Source: Chrysomallon squamiferum (taxonomy: Eukaryota; Animalia; Mollusca). Taken from it: a stretch of DNA of 64,000 nt. This document shows, piece after piece, positions 11,800 to 26,758 of this stretch (positions are counted from its first letter, which is position 1; each line of letters starts with the position of its first letter). The stretch covers positions 17,050,001-17,114,000 of the forward strand of contig CM022676.1 in assembly GCA_012295275.1 (NCBI GenBank), written 5' to 3'. Both the position numbers and the translations under genes were made by a program. The notes below the pieces were generated by a model, which saw nothing but the letters and a program-made list of their open reading frames with translations, was not told the DNA's origin and made no database searches.

Positions 11800-14700
11800 T
11801 AATATTAACTTTAATCCTATAGTTTATGAAAATGCGTTCATCTGCACCATTTTATCAACATATTTAAATATGTTAAATCGACGAGTATCAAAGGATAAAC
11901 AAAGAAAAATAACTATGGTCGTATCCTCCTTGATTTCTGTAGATATAATAATATGTTTTTCATATCTGGAGCACTAGATGAAGATAGATGTGTTGGGAAT
12001 ATACTTGTCTTTAGTTGAACATTTTGCCATTTTCTTGATTCTTATTAAATGCCCATAGTCCTAAATGCGAACACGAATACATCCTGAAAACAAAGTAACT
12101 GATACCTGAGAAGGCTCAAAGGAAGTTCCAGGGAAATGATGTAAAAGCAAGAATTTTGTTATAACTTAAAAAAAGCAACATCGGAAGCCTTTACTAAATG
12201 AAGTATCACAAAACTTACAAAACTGCAAGTCTGCGGACGTTTATTCTGAATTTATAAATAATATAGTCTCAGATATAAATGTAATATTTATAAATGCAGC
12301 TAAAGATACGTTTGGAAAGAAACCAACCTATATTACAATAAGCATCATTATAATCAGGTCTGGTTTAACAGAGCTTGCAAAACTGCTAAAAAGATGTCAG
12401 GGAAGAGAGACAAAGATATAAACAATATGGTGGATGTATACTGAAAACTGACTTGAAGTACAAAGAGAATCAATTCAAACAAACGCTAAATAGATCAATT
12501 AGGGAACATAAAATATTTATTAAACGTGAAATGAAAATGATAAAATTGTCAAATCCAATAGAGTACTGGTCAGCTCTTAACAGCAATAAACACTGACTGT
12601 CAGAAGAACATGTGTGAACTGATTTTTTTTTCAAAACCTTTAACTGTAGCGTTGATGTAAATTGCACACTGAAAGCCAAGAAAGAACTAGTGATATTTTG
12701 AACAACCCTTTTTGAGCCGACGAAATATCTAGAGCAGTTAACAGTGATCAACCAGGCGGAGAAGACTTTATTACTGATGAATATATTAATATATACTCTT
12801 AATATTATGTTACCTTTATATGTTCTATTGTTTAAGGTTATTCTTCAAACATCAACTGTAACATCTAGTTGGTTGATGGGACGCGTTAAACCAGTATATA
12901 AGAATAAAAGTGCCAGAAGAGACCGAGAAATCTATAGACCTGTTACATTATCAATCTCTTTAGGTAAATTGTTTGAATCTGTACTGAATTCTAAATTAAA
13001 CAAGTACACAGATGTTTTTCGTAAACATTAATCCATAGCGCACCTCGTATTGTCTTTATAGTCTCTAATTATTTTAATAAACAAATGTAAATAAATTAAA
13101 AATAATAACAACTAAATGAAAAAATAGTAAAATGAAATAAAATAATAAAAATAAGAAAGTATATTTTGCTTTTATAGATTATGAGAAGGCTTTTGATATG
13201 TTTTCATAGTGTTTGTAGAACTTGACTACGGAATAAGTTAATTAGATCTGGTAAAAATAGGAAATGTTTTAATATTTTAGTAAATATCCATTAAAATACT
13301 AATGCAAGAAATTCAGCGAACGGTTTGTTATCTGATTCTGAAATCGGTGTCAGGCAAGGAGAAAATCTGTAGGTATTTTTGTTTTCTACATGACTTAGAG
13401 GAGTTTCTTATAGACAGTAAGACAAGTGTACCAGAATACATTTTAACAACGAAAAATGTAATGTTTATTTTAAGCTTTTATTCTACTATATGCTGACATT
13501 ACAATACTGTTAGCAAAATCATCCGATGCTTTACAGCATAATCTTAATATTTTTCACAAAAGTAAAATAATGATTCTCTATAAACGGAGAAAACTTCGTG
13601 TTTATATGTGTTAGTTCTATGGAGAAAATATTCATATCACTGATAACTATAGATGGACATAGACATACAAAAAAAAGAAGAAAAGTCTATTCACTTACAA
13701 CGTATATAACAAAGGTAAATAACAAACCAATGAAAGCTTAAAACCATCAGAATAGTTTCTCCATCGACTGTGTACTTGATTTATTTGATAAACTAATGCA
13801 ACCAATTTTCTTGTGGAATTACGGTGTTTTATAAGTATACGTTTAATAGAAAAACTCCATATGAAATTGTATAAGTAGTTATTAAGTGTTGATAAATGCA
13901 CCCCTGGTTCTATGATTTATGGTGAACTGTGACGATATCACCTTTATATTTCTATAAAAATAAGAATAATAACATTTTGGGGAACGTAATTTGCAAAGTC
14001 AAAACAAGATTTCCTCATAATTATATTATTTAATGCATGTTGTCTTTATTTTTGGAACCTATTTGTGAAAAATAGTTTGAACGATTTCGTTAAAAATACA
14101 TGTGGACATAACACAATTTTCATAGTATTAAATGGTTACTTCAAACGGTATCCAAAATATTACATGATCGATATCTGCAAATATGGAAAACCTGAAATGT
14201 TGTCAAAGTGTATTCATTACAAATTGTATTAATTAAGAATGTATTGAAATTAGAAAATTCTTATAGAGCTTTGTCAAACGGGTTCTCATATTCGGGAGCG
14301 ATCATTGCTATACCGATGCGTTTTTAAGCGCTTACTTTGGAGCACTAAGCACAAGATAAAAGTGTAAAGAAATCTGGAATTTTCGGGAACAGCACACTTC
14401 ATTATAAAGTCTGTTGTAATTATCCGTCAATTTCCGCTTTCTATACGATATAACTCTTGTCATTAAAACGCTTTAACGCAGATCGCTAAAAAGGGAAGAC
14501 GCTGAAAAACAATCGCTCTAGAGAAGAGCAGTGTTCAAGCGAACTTTCATGTCCTATGTAAAATTTGAACTCTGATGTTAAATTTGCTGTTAAATCTGGT
14601 TTAATATTGTAAGACAAAAGAGAAGATATTTGTAATTTTGACAAATTTGTAGATGAATGTCATTATGTATTTAAAAGCGATGATGCGAGAAACGGTCTAT

Positions 14701-14850
14701 CAGACGAATCCAGATATATTTTCAAACAATAATTTGTTTAATATCAAAAATATGTTTACACGTTCATGTTGAAATACCGTTTATGTAACTTATTGGATGA
14801 GACTGCAACATATTTTCAGACGAAAGCGAAAGACCTATTGAAATAAAAAT
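11800..14850 (+). mobile_element. Degenerate non-LTR retrotransposon (LINE, CR1/L2-like, APE endonuclease plus RT)
   Basis: Fragmented motifs NYGRILLDFC, WFNRACKTAK, VKPVYKNK...YRPVTLSISLGKLFESVLN, FAFIDYEKAFD, GVRQGENL, LLYAD; many stops; ends in an A-rich tail. Confidence 0.8.
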
Positions 14851-15889
14851 AAATAAATAAATAAATAAAAAAAATAAATAAATAAAAATAAATAGTTTTT
14901 AAATATATAACATTGCAAATCATTTATATATTCTACTGCTATAACTTCAATTTTTTTTCTCATTCTGGTTCTATAGTTATATTTTATGTGTTTATTTCTT
15001 AAAGATATTTATCTAGATATTTATCTAGTTATATGTTATAGTTATATCTTCATTCAAAGTGTTGCACTCCCAAACATACTTCAACATACAGTGAAGAAAA
15101 TGTACAGAATTCTATGTCATTACTCATTATAATAGTTACATATAGTTAGTATCTTGTTTATGTATTTTATTTTCTGATTTTTACTAATAAAGTGAGGTTA
15201 TTTCTTCCTAATTTCACTCTTTGCTACTTTAAGATCTATATATATATAGTATTATATATAAAGCGCACTTAATTTTTTTTTTTTCTAAATGATGTCATAG
15301 ATTATTATGTAGACAAATATGGCATACAGGTGTCTGTGTAATGTATAACTGATTATACTAAATTAATGGAATACCATTATATAGACTGGTTTTGACCAGT
15401 GATTTAATTGACGTACTAGTTCGGATGTAAGTCAGTGTTTAGTTGATTTCTTTGACGTCCGCTAAGTAACGTAATATTTAAATAACACCGACTTGAATAC
15501 GATAGCCTTGCGATAGATATAAATAGTGGAGTAAACCTTGTGAATTTGACTGTTGTGGAAATGCTTAGGACATATTGCTGCTAAAGGCAAGTTAATGTGA
15601 CAAATGAGATTACACAACTGTTGTTATAAGTAACGAAAAGAAATATGTTATAATGTTCATGACTGAGTATTATTTTGATTGTATTTTGTTATGACAACAA
15701 ATAATAAGACTCTAAACGTATTTTCGTCTGTTTTGTGTTATGTGGATAATAATTAAGTGACATTTTAAATATTCTTGCTCTGGGCTCTAGTATCACATGG
15801 ATATTACAAATTATTGTCATCAGTTAGATAACATGTCAAAAATCTAACTTATTTGTTTGTACAAAACATAAATGCCATACACTGTTTCT

Positions 15890-16290
15890 ACCAGAAACAA
15901 ATTAATCAGAATTTTACTAGACATAGTTTAATCAGAATCTTACTAGGCATAGTTTAATAACAGTTTTACTAGACATATATTATTCACAATTTTACTAAAC
16001 AAAGACTAATTAGAATTTTACTGGACAAAATTTAATCACAATTAAATAGCCACAGCCCTTTGCAATTTACTAGACAGATTAATAACAATTTCACTAGATA
16101 TAGTTCATTCTCAATTTTAATGGACATAGATTAACTAGAATTTTACTAAACACAGTTAAGTCACAATTTCACAAGACATAGAGTAAGTAGAAGTTTAGTA
16201 GACAGAGGTTAACCACAAATTTAATATATATAGATTAATTAGAATATGAAAAAAAAACATAGTTTAATCACAATTTTACAGATTTATCGC
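15890..16290. repeat. Degenerate minisatellite, units of about 26-30 bp
   Basis: Repeated AATTTTACTAGACATAGTTTAATCAG-like units; paralogous copy at about 58850-59240. Confidence 0.6.
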
Positions 16291-16626
16291 AATTATATGC
16301 TGTACAGTATCAGTTAATTGAAAGAAAAACACTGTAATTTTAGAACATAAAATACTATACAAACATGCACTGTATATTACATTGTCTTGAACTAAACACA
16401 ATACAAGTAATAAACCACATTTGAAAACATTTGTCTAACTACGTTTTTGTATGAAAAGCAAAACATATATATATTTAATTAGCTCTTTTGATTAAAAAAA
16501 TTCAATAATAGTGAATAATTGTTATATAATTTCATTTCCTGCAAATAGATGGGTTTTTCTAGTGTTTGACCTATGTATGTCTGTACGTATATGTATATAT
16601 GTAGGAATGAATGAACGTATCTACAA

Positions 16627-16669
<43 letters not shown>

Positions 16670-16803
16670 CATGTATGTATGTATTTTTTGTGTGTGTACG
16701 TACGTATGTATGTATGTGTATGTGTATATATATATATGTACAGTAAAAGTAATAAAATAAATTGTTTCGAAGTTTTAAGTAAACAGATTTATAGAGAGAT
16801 ATT

Positions 16804-18776
16804 TTAATATTTTGGTCCATTATCATCGACTCCAAATACTTCATACGGATGCTGTTCAGATGACCCACTTCGTTCTACGTTGTTACCTACACAGAAATAA
16901 TAAGACATGTATAATCATGTATGTTACCTTTCAGAAATAATCATCCATACATTAGTAGTTAAACGTAGAAGAAACAGACAAAGAAAACTGCATTGATAAA
17001 CCATAAGTAATAAAATGTACAGAAAATTAAAACGACAAAAAATATGAAAAGTGACAGAGTAGCATCACTAGGTTGCTATTTACAACTTGAAAGACAAATA
17101 CTAATCTATGGCGCTGATAAAACATATCACACTGAAAAATATTAATTTACAAATAATCTGTATTTATCATAGAAAGATGCTAAATTTTATACTAGCATAT
17201 CTGAATATATAATACAAATTAGTTCTATTAATTAATCATGTAATACAAAATAACCTTAGACGTTTTTAGCCCAATATATAAATGACAACATTTTATGTCA
17301 TTACTATTTCATAATATTTGTTCAGTCTTCTATTTCAGGCCCCTTCTTTACTTGTTCATTTTTACTTCCTTGTGTACATTCCTTCATTTTTTCCTGATTG
17401 CCTTGCCAGGAGTCTTAATATATACTGAACTTTCAGAATTGAAAACTGTTTAGTAAAGTAAGGCGTATTCAAATAGCTATTAAGAAAATGTTGCACCTAC
17501 CCGGTTCAGAAGGAAGATTTTCGTATGTTGGAGACTGCGGTTCTGGATCAGTTCTGTGATTTGAAACAGACAAAATGTCTACGTGAATTCATGTTTTAAT
17601 TTTAATAACAAAATGTACATATATATATTAGTAAAAATATTATAGGAAATAAAATTTGGAGTTAATTAAAAAGAAATTACCGAACAGTGTAATTGTGGAT
17701 TGTTGGATGATAACATAAAATACACAAAATAGAGAGCATATATGGATATCATACAGACAGACATCGTACACAGACACACAAAGAATACTCTTACTCTTTG
17801 GTAGAAACATAGGAAAACTTAATAGATAAATTTGACAGTGACGTTTATAGATACTGGATTCAACTACAAGTCAGACGAGTTATCTAAATAGAAAACCAGG
17901 ATCTAGCTAGTGATGGATCTCTTCGGTCTCTCTCTTAAAGGAAACTCGGTGCTCAAACTTCGAGTTTGAAAGTAGCAAACATCATATCATAAAGATTCCC
18001 TATTAGTAGACCACCAATAGAGAATATGGTTATCACGGAATCTAGTGTAACACATTTTGGATCTGTCAGTCTCTTTCTCACTTCGGATAAAGATGTATTA
18101 ATGAATCAGTACATTTAAGATACATTGAAAACAGTGCAAAATTTCGTTAACACAACTGACCACGGCGGCCTAGTGTTCCCTTGACCAGAGATATGTCATC
18201 TCACCCATGATCGTCAACAAACCAGAGGTTAACACAGAAGTATTTCAGACATCAATCGAGAACTGCTTACATTTAGAGATTCACCGATCATTGAACCTCT
18301 GAATTGTGGACGTTAGAATGTCATCTACATTGATACGGGATAGGATGTTTTATCAGGAGACTCTTAACGTTTCATTTCCATAATAAATATACTCGTTTAA
18401 GGACTGAACTGTGTAATCACTGCTGTGAAGGAGGACATATATGCATCAACACAGCTACCAAACATTTTAAACTGTATTCACCTGTACTGTCAGTTAACAT
18501 TACCTTTTTTCATACTCATGTTTGTCTTTTCCATTTCCTGAAAAACAAGATTTAAATAAAAATTGCAGGTGTAAACTAAAAACAAATAATAAAAAAATAA
18601 TAATAATAAAAACAAAAAATTATAATTCGAATTTATTGCTAGTAAAGTTCCTAAAAGTAAAAATGGTTTCCACAAAAGCATAATACAGATGAAGTCATCT
18701 GGTAAAAATTATCACAATATTTGTTATATTAAATAAAATAATTGAAAAAATATATTTTATTTTATAATATTAAAAT

Positions 18777-18841
<65 letters not shown>

Positions 18842-21800
18842 TACAATAATAATAATAATAAATAAGATGAAGATGATAATTATGAAATTACATATAACTA
18901 TTATACTTTCTCTTCTTAGAAAATGTATTTCTTTTTTCTTTCAAATTGTATTACTGATACTCATCACTTTCTCTCTTTCTCTCTCTCACACACACTCGCA
19001 CATACATGTACATGAACACAGTCACATAACCACACAGAAGAAGATGAACTCAAATGCACGTTCGCACAGTACAAATAACACAACAAAGAAACAAAAGTAT
19101 GAACCTTTTTTACGACATATGAAAATAATTCCAATAACAAGAAGAGTTAAGACGAGTGTCCCTGATCCAGATCCAACAGCCACTGCTATCATATTTTCGT
19201 TGCATACCTCATCTGAAACAACACTTGTTAAACTGAATACAGTTATACTACAAAAAAACAATATTAGAATTTCAGTAAATACACAGAAATGAAGCTGACA
19301 AAATATGATAGAAAAAAGGAAGGAACAAAAATAAAGGAACCAGAAAAGTGGTGCAAGGGTGAACATTTGTATGAGTCGCCTTATTTCGTCATGGTTAATG
19401 TCTGCAACGAAGTAATTAAAAATACATCACTTTTGTACAGAGTTCCTATGTATGCTGTTCTCGGTGCGGTGGCTAGGGTTAAAAGGTTGATTCATTGTAT
19501 TTTGTACAAGTATATCAAACATGTTTCCCTGTCATGTCTCACTGGAGGTTACGCGCAACAGTCCCTTGTTCGAGTTGGTGACTGGTGAATTATATATAAC
19601 AAAACAGAGGTCCAAAAGAAACCAAAAAAATGTTTTTGATCGGACCCTTAAAAAGTCGACATCGAACCTTCTGATTCACTATCGTCTAACAGTAAGAATC
19701 CGTGAACAAAATTTAATAAAAATTAAAACAAAGCTACATGACTGCACCTTCCAGTATTCTTCCTTATCAGTTTTACGATCCAGAAGCGAATTGCTGGCCA
19801 GGCAGGATGTCCGAAGACGGTAACAAAAAATGAGGAACGTATTTTGTGAGTCGAATGCTTGATTTAAAAACATGTCAAATGCTTTCTAAAAGCAAATGTT
19901 CTGTGTAACGTGAACATAACATTCAAAGAGAATTCTTCCCTTAATTGTACCAAAGGGAGTGATACAATCTCGAGATTTGGCTCAACTTGACAATATCGAA
20001 ATCCTTTATAATTTGTCTCCTTAAGATGTAACATCAGTGAAGAGGTTTAACATTCGATAGAACAATGAACTCATTCAAATGAATACACTGATATCAGGTC
20101 AGTCAAAGCCGTGTATCTCAGTGACTTGTTCAACTGTACATTCGGAAGGTGACTTTTGTCCTCTGTGGCCAGTTAAACGATGAAGCCAAAGCATGCAAAA
20201 ATAAAACAAAGTAATTATAATAACGTGAATGTGCTACATGGAAAGTTGAGAGAAAGGTTCAACTGAGCCTCAGACATTTAATTCTTCCAAGAAAAAATAA
20301 CACTCAGTCCTCTGGAGGAAGACATGGATGCAACATATTTGAATGTTCCAGAGGAAAAAAATAAAAAATAAACACAAAACAACAGCAAGAACATCCAAAT
20401 AGAAGTAAAAATTGAAAATAACACCCGTATTTTCATCTAATGTATAATTCATTCACTGAGTCGAATTGCTTTAATGATTTGAGTCTTAAAGTTGTTAAAA
20501 TCAGTTATTTTACACTGTGTAAACGGCTGCCAACATAAAATAAAAAATAAGTTTCCAGTTAGAAAAAAAGACATGCAATTGTTTCCAGTCTAACAATACA
20601 AAGCAAATAAAATGATATGATGCACAGCTGTACTAACTTACATTTTACCTCATTATTAATACATTTACCTGATGTCAAAATATCCGTCTCATCTGTGAAA
20701 CCTTTAACTCCGTATTTGTTGTAAGCCAAATTAATAGACAAATGCAAAGTAATACCTTCAGAAAGAACTGTTTAATAATTGACAACATCTTTTCAAGTAG
20801 ATCACTTTGAAACTACAACTTTATAGATTCCAAAGTCTGTGATTTGAATCGGTGTTAAACTGTAAAACCCCAAAGCAAACTTTTCCTTTGTAATCGATGT
20901 AGCGTGTCTAAGTCTATGAGTAAAAACATCTGTTAATTTGTACCATGTAAATGTAGGGGCTGGATTCACAATTACGTAAACTTTCAGAGTTATGCTGGTA
21001 CCCAGTGAGGTCTGTATTTATTATATTCATGTGTGTCTATGTGTTTGTCTGCGTGTCTGTGTATATGTATGCCTCTGTGTGTGTATTAGTTTTGAATTTT
21101 TAATAAAATTTCTAAAAGGCATTTTTAAAATCATGATAATTACACGATTCACTTAATTATCATTATTATTATTATTATTTTCTTTTTGATATAGTTGATT
21201 CCAAACCTTAATACCAATAATCATGTTTATTTTTATTTTTAATTAAAAAGTTAACTTATAATTAATTCACTAATCGCCTCCATTTAGTGCTGATTGTCTA
21301 GATTTACTGATACCACAGATGATCCGACCTGAACATGTTAACTAATAATTAAAACAATTAGTTTGTTGTTATTTCTGAACACAGAAAACACTAGTTGACA
21401 GTTGTGTATTGAAAAAATGTGCAGTTGGTTGAAGTGTTTAACTTGTTGTAAAACTGAGAAATAAAATTTATTTCGGTAACGTAATTTAGAGAAAAATTCC
21501 AAAGTATAATTTTGGTAGCAAAGATACCGAATCTGTTATAGAACTGGTACGTACATTTGTCTTTTGTATTTGTGGTCGTATATGTTTAAAATACGTATGT
21601 ACTTAGGATAGAATATTCTCTGTCTTATGAACGTCTCTTTAGACTCTGCATATAAACACTACTGGAGAACGTACTGACACAGGAGGACGAAGTTTAGTCT
21701 CGACGTGAGAAAAGTCAGATGCTGCTGAGCATTGCACCAGTTGGGAATCCACTCGGCCATCAAGGCAAGTGTTGTAAAAGTTGCTCAGTAACTGAAGGTG

Positions 21801-23122
21801 AACATCGCATCATACGAAGCACGCCGTTCTTTGTCGTTCGTCATTTTTTCAAAATTTATATTAGTTGAAAATCTGGCAGTATATGTTTGTATAAACTGAT
21901 CTGTGAATAATGGATGTGTGAAGTGATGCATGCTTGGTGTATCTTTTGTTCACCTGTCGAAGCAGCTGTCTCCGAATGAATGGATGTTCTCCTCCCTAAA
22001 ACTTTTGTTGTGTAAATACTTGTTGCAGCCGATGTGCCAAAATCCATAAGCAAAAATGATTTAATAATAATAATCCGTAATTGTGTTTGTGTCTGTTTTT
22101 GAATGATTCATTTATAAACTTGTGTGTATGTATTTATATATAATGTAGAGAGATATCGTGAAACAGTGATTTACAAAGAGAAAGATACATAAACAAATTA
22201 GGTACATTACTTCTTGAGCCAGATGTTTCTAACAGAGTCGACCTTGTTGTTGTTGTTGCTGCCTCTGTTACGTTAGTCTTATTATCCTGTGTTTGTAATC
22301 CTGTAAAATACATATACGTGTATACATGTATACATATATACAGTAAGTACCACGATGACAACATTTATTACATTTACCATAACTACTACTATTCTACTAT
22401 CATTTTTTATTTTATTTTATTTTATTTTTTTAAGTTATTTCTTTTGACAGTTGTAGTGGATCGGACATTATGTTCTCTGGTACACTGTGCTAACATAATG
22501 AAAGTGATGGAGGGAACAATGTGAAATTTCTATGGGATCCAGTAGGAAGGTGGCTCGTTGTCCCGCACTGCATTTCAAAACAATATAAATACAGCACTGA
22601 AATCAGTGTTCTTACCACAAAATGACTTTGACAAGACTAAGCACAAAGGTGACTGTGTTGAAAATGTAATTCACTCTTAGTTTATTACAGTATGTGCATC
22701 TCAGATGAGATTAATAAGAGAAATAATAAAGAAAAGGCATTTGTCATTTTTCTACATATTTTCACTGGCTGAGATCAAAGCTAATAGGATGGCTCATAGG
22801 ATGGGAATCTCATTGTGTCAGTTTGACGGGTTTAATCGTTAGATTCAGAAAGTTTGAACTCTGAAACTGCACTGAAACCTGGCACATAAAGATCTTGATT
22901 GACGACAACATAAAGGTGACTATGAAAATGAACTCTTTATTCTAATCTAAATTGATAAAGAAATGTAAAAGCATCAACATTTTTTAATATGAACAGCTAT
23001 GAAGTGGACAAATATCTTAAAAAATGACGACAACCTATCAAAGTCTTTATTGTTCTAAAAAAATAATAATAACAACAACAACAACAACAATAATAAATAA
23101 CAACAACAACAACAACAACAAC

Positions 23123-23153
<31 letters not shown>

Positions 23154-23877
23154 CTTAACGTGCTGGTACTCACGTGTTGGTGTTGGAGTTACTCTTTTTT
23201 TTTCAGTGCTACATGTCCATGACTTATAGTCGTTGACAGAAAATGAAGATACAGTCAAACTGTAAGTTGTTAAATAACGTGTCAGGTATATAAAGTTTTC
23301 TTTCTTGTTTGTACAAACTTACATCTGTAGTTATCTGTCGACTCTCTGTGTGTTTCACATGTTTGTGTTTTATACCTACATGTACAAATTTTCTCATCAC
23401 CTCGTTTAAATGTGATATCTTCTTTATAAATATTTCTGATAACAAAACAAACAAATGTGAAAGTTTGATTGATGACAGCCGTCCAGGAATACACTGATAA
23501 ACCAGGATTTTAGCTGAAAATAGCTAAAAAAAAAAAAAATAATAATAATAATAATAACAACAGTAATAATAACAATAATAATAATAATAACAACAATAAT
23601 AATAATAATAATAAAACCTCCAACAACTGCTAAGCTAACAGTAATAACAATGACAACGAAACGCCAACAGCAATACTAATAGCAATAAGAACAGCAACAA
23701 AATAGTAATAAGAATAATAATAACAAAAGCAATAACAAAAGTTGTTTGTGTACATACATACAGATGTATGTATCAAATGCTGTTGTTCTTTTTTATAATT
23801 GTAAGATAATATTACTTAAATTATTGTTTTTTGCGCATATGCTTCTGTACGTGAGTAATTGTTATTTTGTTTTTGTT

Positions 23878-23913
<36 letters not shown>

Positions 23914-25341
23914 GTAATGATAAATATTTTCTTACAAAGAACTGAAACTTCTGGTTCACTCCACACTTCAAGTTGGTCAGATCCACAAAACCAGACTCCA
24001 GTGTCATTTTCAGTTGTGTGGTACTTTAACACTGTGTAGTCTTTGTGCTCGCTGTTAGCGTTGTTTGTCTGTGTTGTACATCTACAAATGTAACTTTGTG
24101 TACTGTTACAGTTACACGTGTCTTCTCTCTGTACACAGTCACACACTGTAGTGTTATCAGTTTGTGTTTTATGTACAAACTTTATATCAGAATTCAGATT
24201 CTGTGACTCGCGTACACGACACGTCATATGCATCATTTCACCTTTTAGTACTGGTATCACGTAATGTAATCCAAACTTTACTCCTAGAACTGATACAAAA
24301 AAATCCATTAATTTTTTATTTCCAAACAATTAATTAATTAAATGAGTTAGTGTTGTTGTAATAAACTTATCAGATTTAGTTTAGTCACTATCGTTGTTAT
24401 TATCACTAATCGTAGCTGTATTAGATTGATAATGATACTACTGTTATTACAACTACTGTTACTACCAATGCGATTACTAATACTTCTATCACTACTAATT
24501 AATTATTATTAGTACTACCTCTATGAGTACTACTACTATACTACTACTACTACTACTACACAAAACTACTACTACTATTACTGCTGATTATGCTACTATT
24601 TTTACTATTACTCAATTTCTACTACTAGTACTAATGATACTCCTAATACAAACTATTCACACAAACACTAAAACCAGTTCTTCTGCTACTATAACCTCCA
24701 CTGTTATTTCTGATACAATTATTATCAGTGGTTTATTCTATATTTACTTCTATAATTACTACTGCTACTACCACGTCTTTTTCTTCTTCTTCTTCCTTTG
24801 TTTATTCCACTTCTTCTACTCTATTACTACCACTACTATAGCTACTAGTACTACTACAGCTACTACTTCTACTTCTAATACTACTACAACTACTACTGTT
24901 ACCAGTACTACCACTATTACTATTACTACTATCACTACTACTACTTTTTTACCACTGTTATAGCCATTATTGTGTTTTTAATTATTACTTTTAAATATTC
25001 CACATTTACTACAACTACTACAGTTGCTGCTGTTGCTACTTGTGTTACTAGCGCTAGTTGTATGATTACCAGTAACAGTATAACTGTATAACTATTACTG
25101 CTGTTGTTTTAACTATTGCTATTATTACGACTACTACACTCCCTTATTCTATTACTATTACAATGACCACTACTACTGACACTAACACAACAACTACATT
25201 TTCTAAAAACTATTTGCTTAAGAAGAAGAAGAAAAGAAGAACAACTACATGGAATTAGTTTAGATTTAACTTACCAGTACTCGAGTGCAGAATGAGAAAA
25301 CTTATAGGAAAAATACAGAAAATAAAAACGTCTGTCCGCAT
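16804..25341 (-). CDS. IgSF type I membrane receptor, copy 2 (full exon set; second Ig exon frameshifted, possible pseudogene)
   Basis: Exons 25275-25341 signal; 23936-24289 Ig1; 23174-23513 Ig2 (two 1-nt losses); 22211-22300 stalk; 19105-19212 TM (MIAVAVGSGSGTLVLTLLVIGIIFICRKK); 18504-18537 GNGKDKHEYEK; 17501-17553 RTDPEPQSPTYENLPSEP; 16804-16886 GNNVERSGSSEQHPYEVFGVDDNGPKY*. All splice phases are compatible. Confidence 0.75.
17780..18470 (+). mobile_element. Possible P-element/THAP9-like transposase C-terminal remnant in a receptor intron
   Basis: Only short motifs are recognisable (TDHGGLVFP; NKYTRVR in the paralog near 61.4 kb); heavily decayed. Confidence 0.25.
19300..20200 (-). mobile_element. 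Decayed LINE reverse-transcriptase fragment in a receptor intron
   Basis: Minus-strand remnants KAFD and LGPL/FVIY; paralog at about 62450-63300. Confidence 0.45.
20669..21011 (-). pseudogene. Dead I-set Ig exon plus FN3 C-terminal fragment inside the receptor intron
   Basis: 20756-21011 reads TSLGTSITLKVYVIVNPAPTFTWYKL...TDFGIYKVVVSK*ST*KDVVNY*TVLSE then GT; 20669-20740 reads AYNKYGVKGFTDETDILTS then GT, resembling an FN3 F/G-strand end. Confidence 0.65.
23936..24289 (-). CDS. Ig-like domain exon of receptor copy 2
   Basis: 354-nt open phase 1-1 exon paralogous to 2839-3192. Confidence 0.8.
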
Positions 25342-25375
25342 GTTTGAATTATTCCAGTGGGAAATCTGAAATAAC

Positions 25376-25471
<96 letters not shown>

Positions 25472-25496
25472 AAAATAATAATAATAATAATAATAA

Positions 25497-25535
<39 letters not shown>

Positions 25536-25573
25536 TAATAACAATAACAACAATAACAACAACAACAACAATC

Positions 25574-25613
<40 letters not shown>

Positions 25614-26236
25614 AAACATCACTAGAAATAGAAATAAGAATAACTATAAAATCGATCCAGTCAGAAAAAGAAATTATGAACTATTTAAAAACTGACTTGT
25701 CAAATGTTCTTCCTTATCTAGTGTGCAGTCTTCCTCTTAGAGCAGCCAGTGAAATTTCTGCAAAGCTTTCCTCGAACAAGGAAGTCAGTCTACTTGTGTA
25801 TTTCAAGAAGCTGCATTGTTTCAAAAAGGAAACAGGTTATAAAGTACTTGCTATTGTTCGTGTGAATATGCGTTGAACACTTAGCATAACATATTCTCAA
25901 ATAAACTTTTTCAGAGAAAATTTCGCTTGGAGTACCTAATATAAGTGTGTATCTGTATGTGTGTCTTTGTGTGTGTCTTTGTGTGTGTCTCCGAATGTTT
26001 GTGTCTGAATGTGTCTCTAAGTGTGTGTGTGTGTGTGTGTATGTGTGTGAATGTGTGTGTGTGTGTTCTCTATTAAGATAAAGTTATTATATATATATAT
26101 TTTAAACTAATTAAATGAGAGAATTTATGTTGAAAGCCCTTCTGATATTATACAGGGAGGTTTATTGTGTGTATATACGTGCGTATATATGTATTTATGT
26201 ATATGTGTGTGTGTGTGTATATATATACACACATAC

Positions 26237-26364
<128 letters not shown>

Positions 26365-26758
26365 TTCTATATGTATTTGAATGTATGTGATTTAAAATAC
26401 ACTTAGAAAGGATCAAAGCATACGTTTCTGCTCTGCTAACAAGGATTAAAATCCAATCATTTACTACAAAAAGAAATCACAATTTAAAAAATAGAACTGT
26501 TCATGATAATAACAGTTATTATTTAATGGGTGTGTTATATATGTGTATGTAACAGACTGGTATCAGGTATGTGTATTATTGTAAAAGATGAGTGTAATGA
26601 GTGTAGATTTCTCAAAACCCGCAGTGCACGAGGAAATGTACCAGATTTATTGTTGTTTTATTAACCATTTCTATTTCTATATATGTAGGTAAAGCTATAA
26701 AATAAATTATTTTCAAATCCTTCTTAGGTGGGGAATTAAACAACGATGTTAGAGGCAG

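Noticed and set aside
15290-15640. Possible decayed Ig-like exon on the plus strand (paralog near 58250-58600)
   Set aside because: Only vague motif resemblance with many stops; not supportable.
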